From Candidatus Micrarchaeota archaeon (lineage in GTDB: Archaea; Micrarchaeota; Micrarchaeia; Anstonellales; Bilamarchaeaceae): a stretch of DNA of 47,372 nt. Position 1 is the first letter of the stretch. Every line of letters begins with the position of its first letter. A program made the position numbers and the translations under genes. The stretch lies in contig JBDRPL010000029.1 in the NCBI GenBank assembly GCA_043827025.1, positions 1 to 47,372 of the forward strand. The letters run 5' to 3'. The notes under the pieces were generated by a model. That model did not search any database. It saw nothing but the letters and a program-made list of their open reading frames with translations, and was not told the DNA's origin. This document shows, one piece after another, positions 46,958-47,372 of this stretch.

Positions 46958-47372
46958 ATGAAACTTGAAAAAGAAGACTATCTTATCATTCTGGGTTTGC
47001 TAATCACGCTTTTTCTCAATTATGACCTTGTAAAAACCCTAACTCAAATTCCTTCCCCTATATATGGAGGGGATTTTTACAATGGACTTGGCGGAGTCAT
47101 CCACATAACTGATGGTGGTAACCCAATCCAAAGTGCGCAGATGGCTGGCGAGATGCCCTGGGTACCTACGCTTTTCCATACTTCAATTGCAATGTTGTCA
47201 AAGATAACTGGCCTAAGCGAAATGCAGTCGCTCATTGATTTTGCGCTTTTCATCCACCTGCTGGCATACATAGTAGTTTTCTTCCTGCTTTTCAAAATAT
47301 CACAGAACAAATATGCAGCAATGCTTGGCACGATTATATTTATCACCACCATCTCGCCGATATTCAAGTACT
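46958..47372 (+). CDS. Multi-TM membrane protein, possibly a GT-C glycosyltransferase; runs off the window end
   Basis: Translated by hand: MKLEKEDYLIILGLLITLFLNY...PSPIYGGDFY.... Open to the end; acidic loop after TM1, then more TM segments; start overlaps or abuts the previous stop. Confidence 0.65.
   Translation, partial: MKLEKEDYLIILGLLITLFLNYDLVKTLTQIPSPIYGGDFYNGLGGVIHITDGGNPIQSAQMAGEMPWVPTLFHTSIAMLSKITGLSEMQSLIDFALFIHLLAYIVVFFLLFKISQNKYAAMLGTIIFITTISPIFKY

Noticed and set aside
1..47372. rRNA, tRNA, transposase or integrase
   Set aside because: None recognised. Intergenic gaps are short and AT-rich, although a small ncRNA in 9098-9307 cannot be excluded by eye.

Overview
This 47-kb window is almost entirely one very large surface-glycan (S-layer N-glycan or polysaccharide) biosynthesis island of about 46 genes. 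It is most likely archaeal: TTTAAA/TTTATA boxes lie about 25-35 bp upstream of starts and GGTGA Shine-Dalgarno sites are common. A DPANN/Micrarchaeota-like host is only an inference. Contents: (1) a CDP-6-deoxyhexose module (RfbF, RfbG, RmlC-like, and an RmlD-GT2 fusion) next to a B12-dependent and a SPASM radical SAM enzyme; (2) an HpcH-type aldolase facing a CMP-ulosonate synthetase/HisC-type aminotransferase fusion plus a HAD hydrolase; (3) a NeuA/B/C/D nonulosonate operon headed by a KdnB/KdnA-like oxidase-transaminase pair and carrying a formyltransferase and a PIG-L deacetylase; (4) a WbuXYZ/AglXYZ-type amidotransferase set interleaved with two paralogous exported NHL beta-propellers; (5) a pseudaminic-acid-like operon that lacks PseG but has an extra cupin; (6) three large GT-B-like orphan proteins, a flippase, several glycosyltransferases, and a wHTH/nucleotidyltransferase (type IV TA-like) pair with a palindromic promoter. 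The strongest candidate for something undescribed is a multi-ulosonate glycan system, including a possible amino/N-formyl nonulosonic acid and a possible aldolase-based ulosonate route. No rRNA, tRNA, CRISPR array or transposase was recognised. All family calls come from motif recognition by eye, not from database searches.
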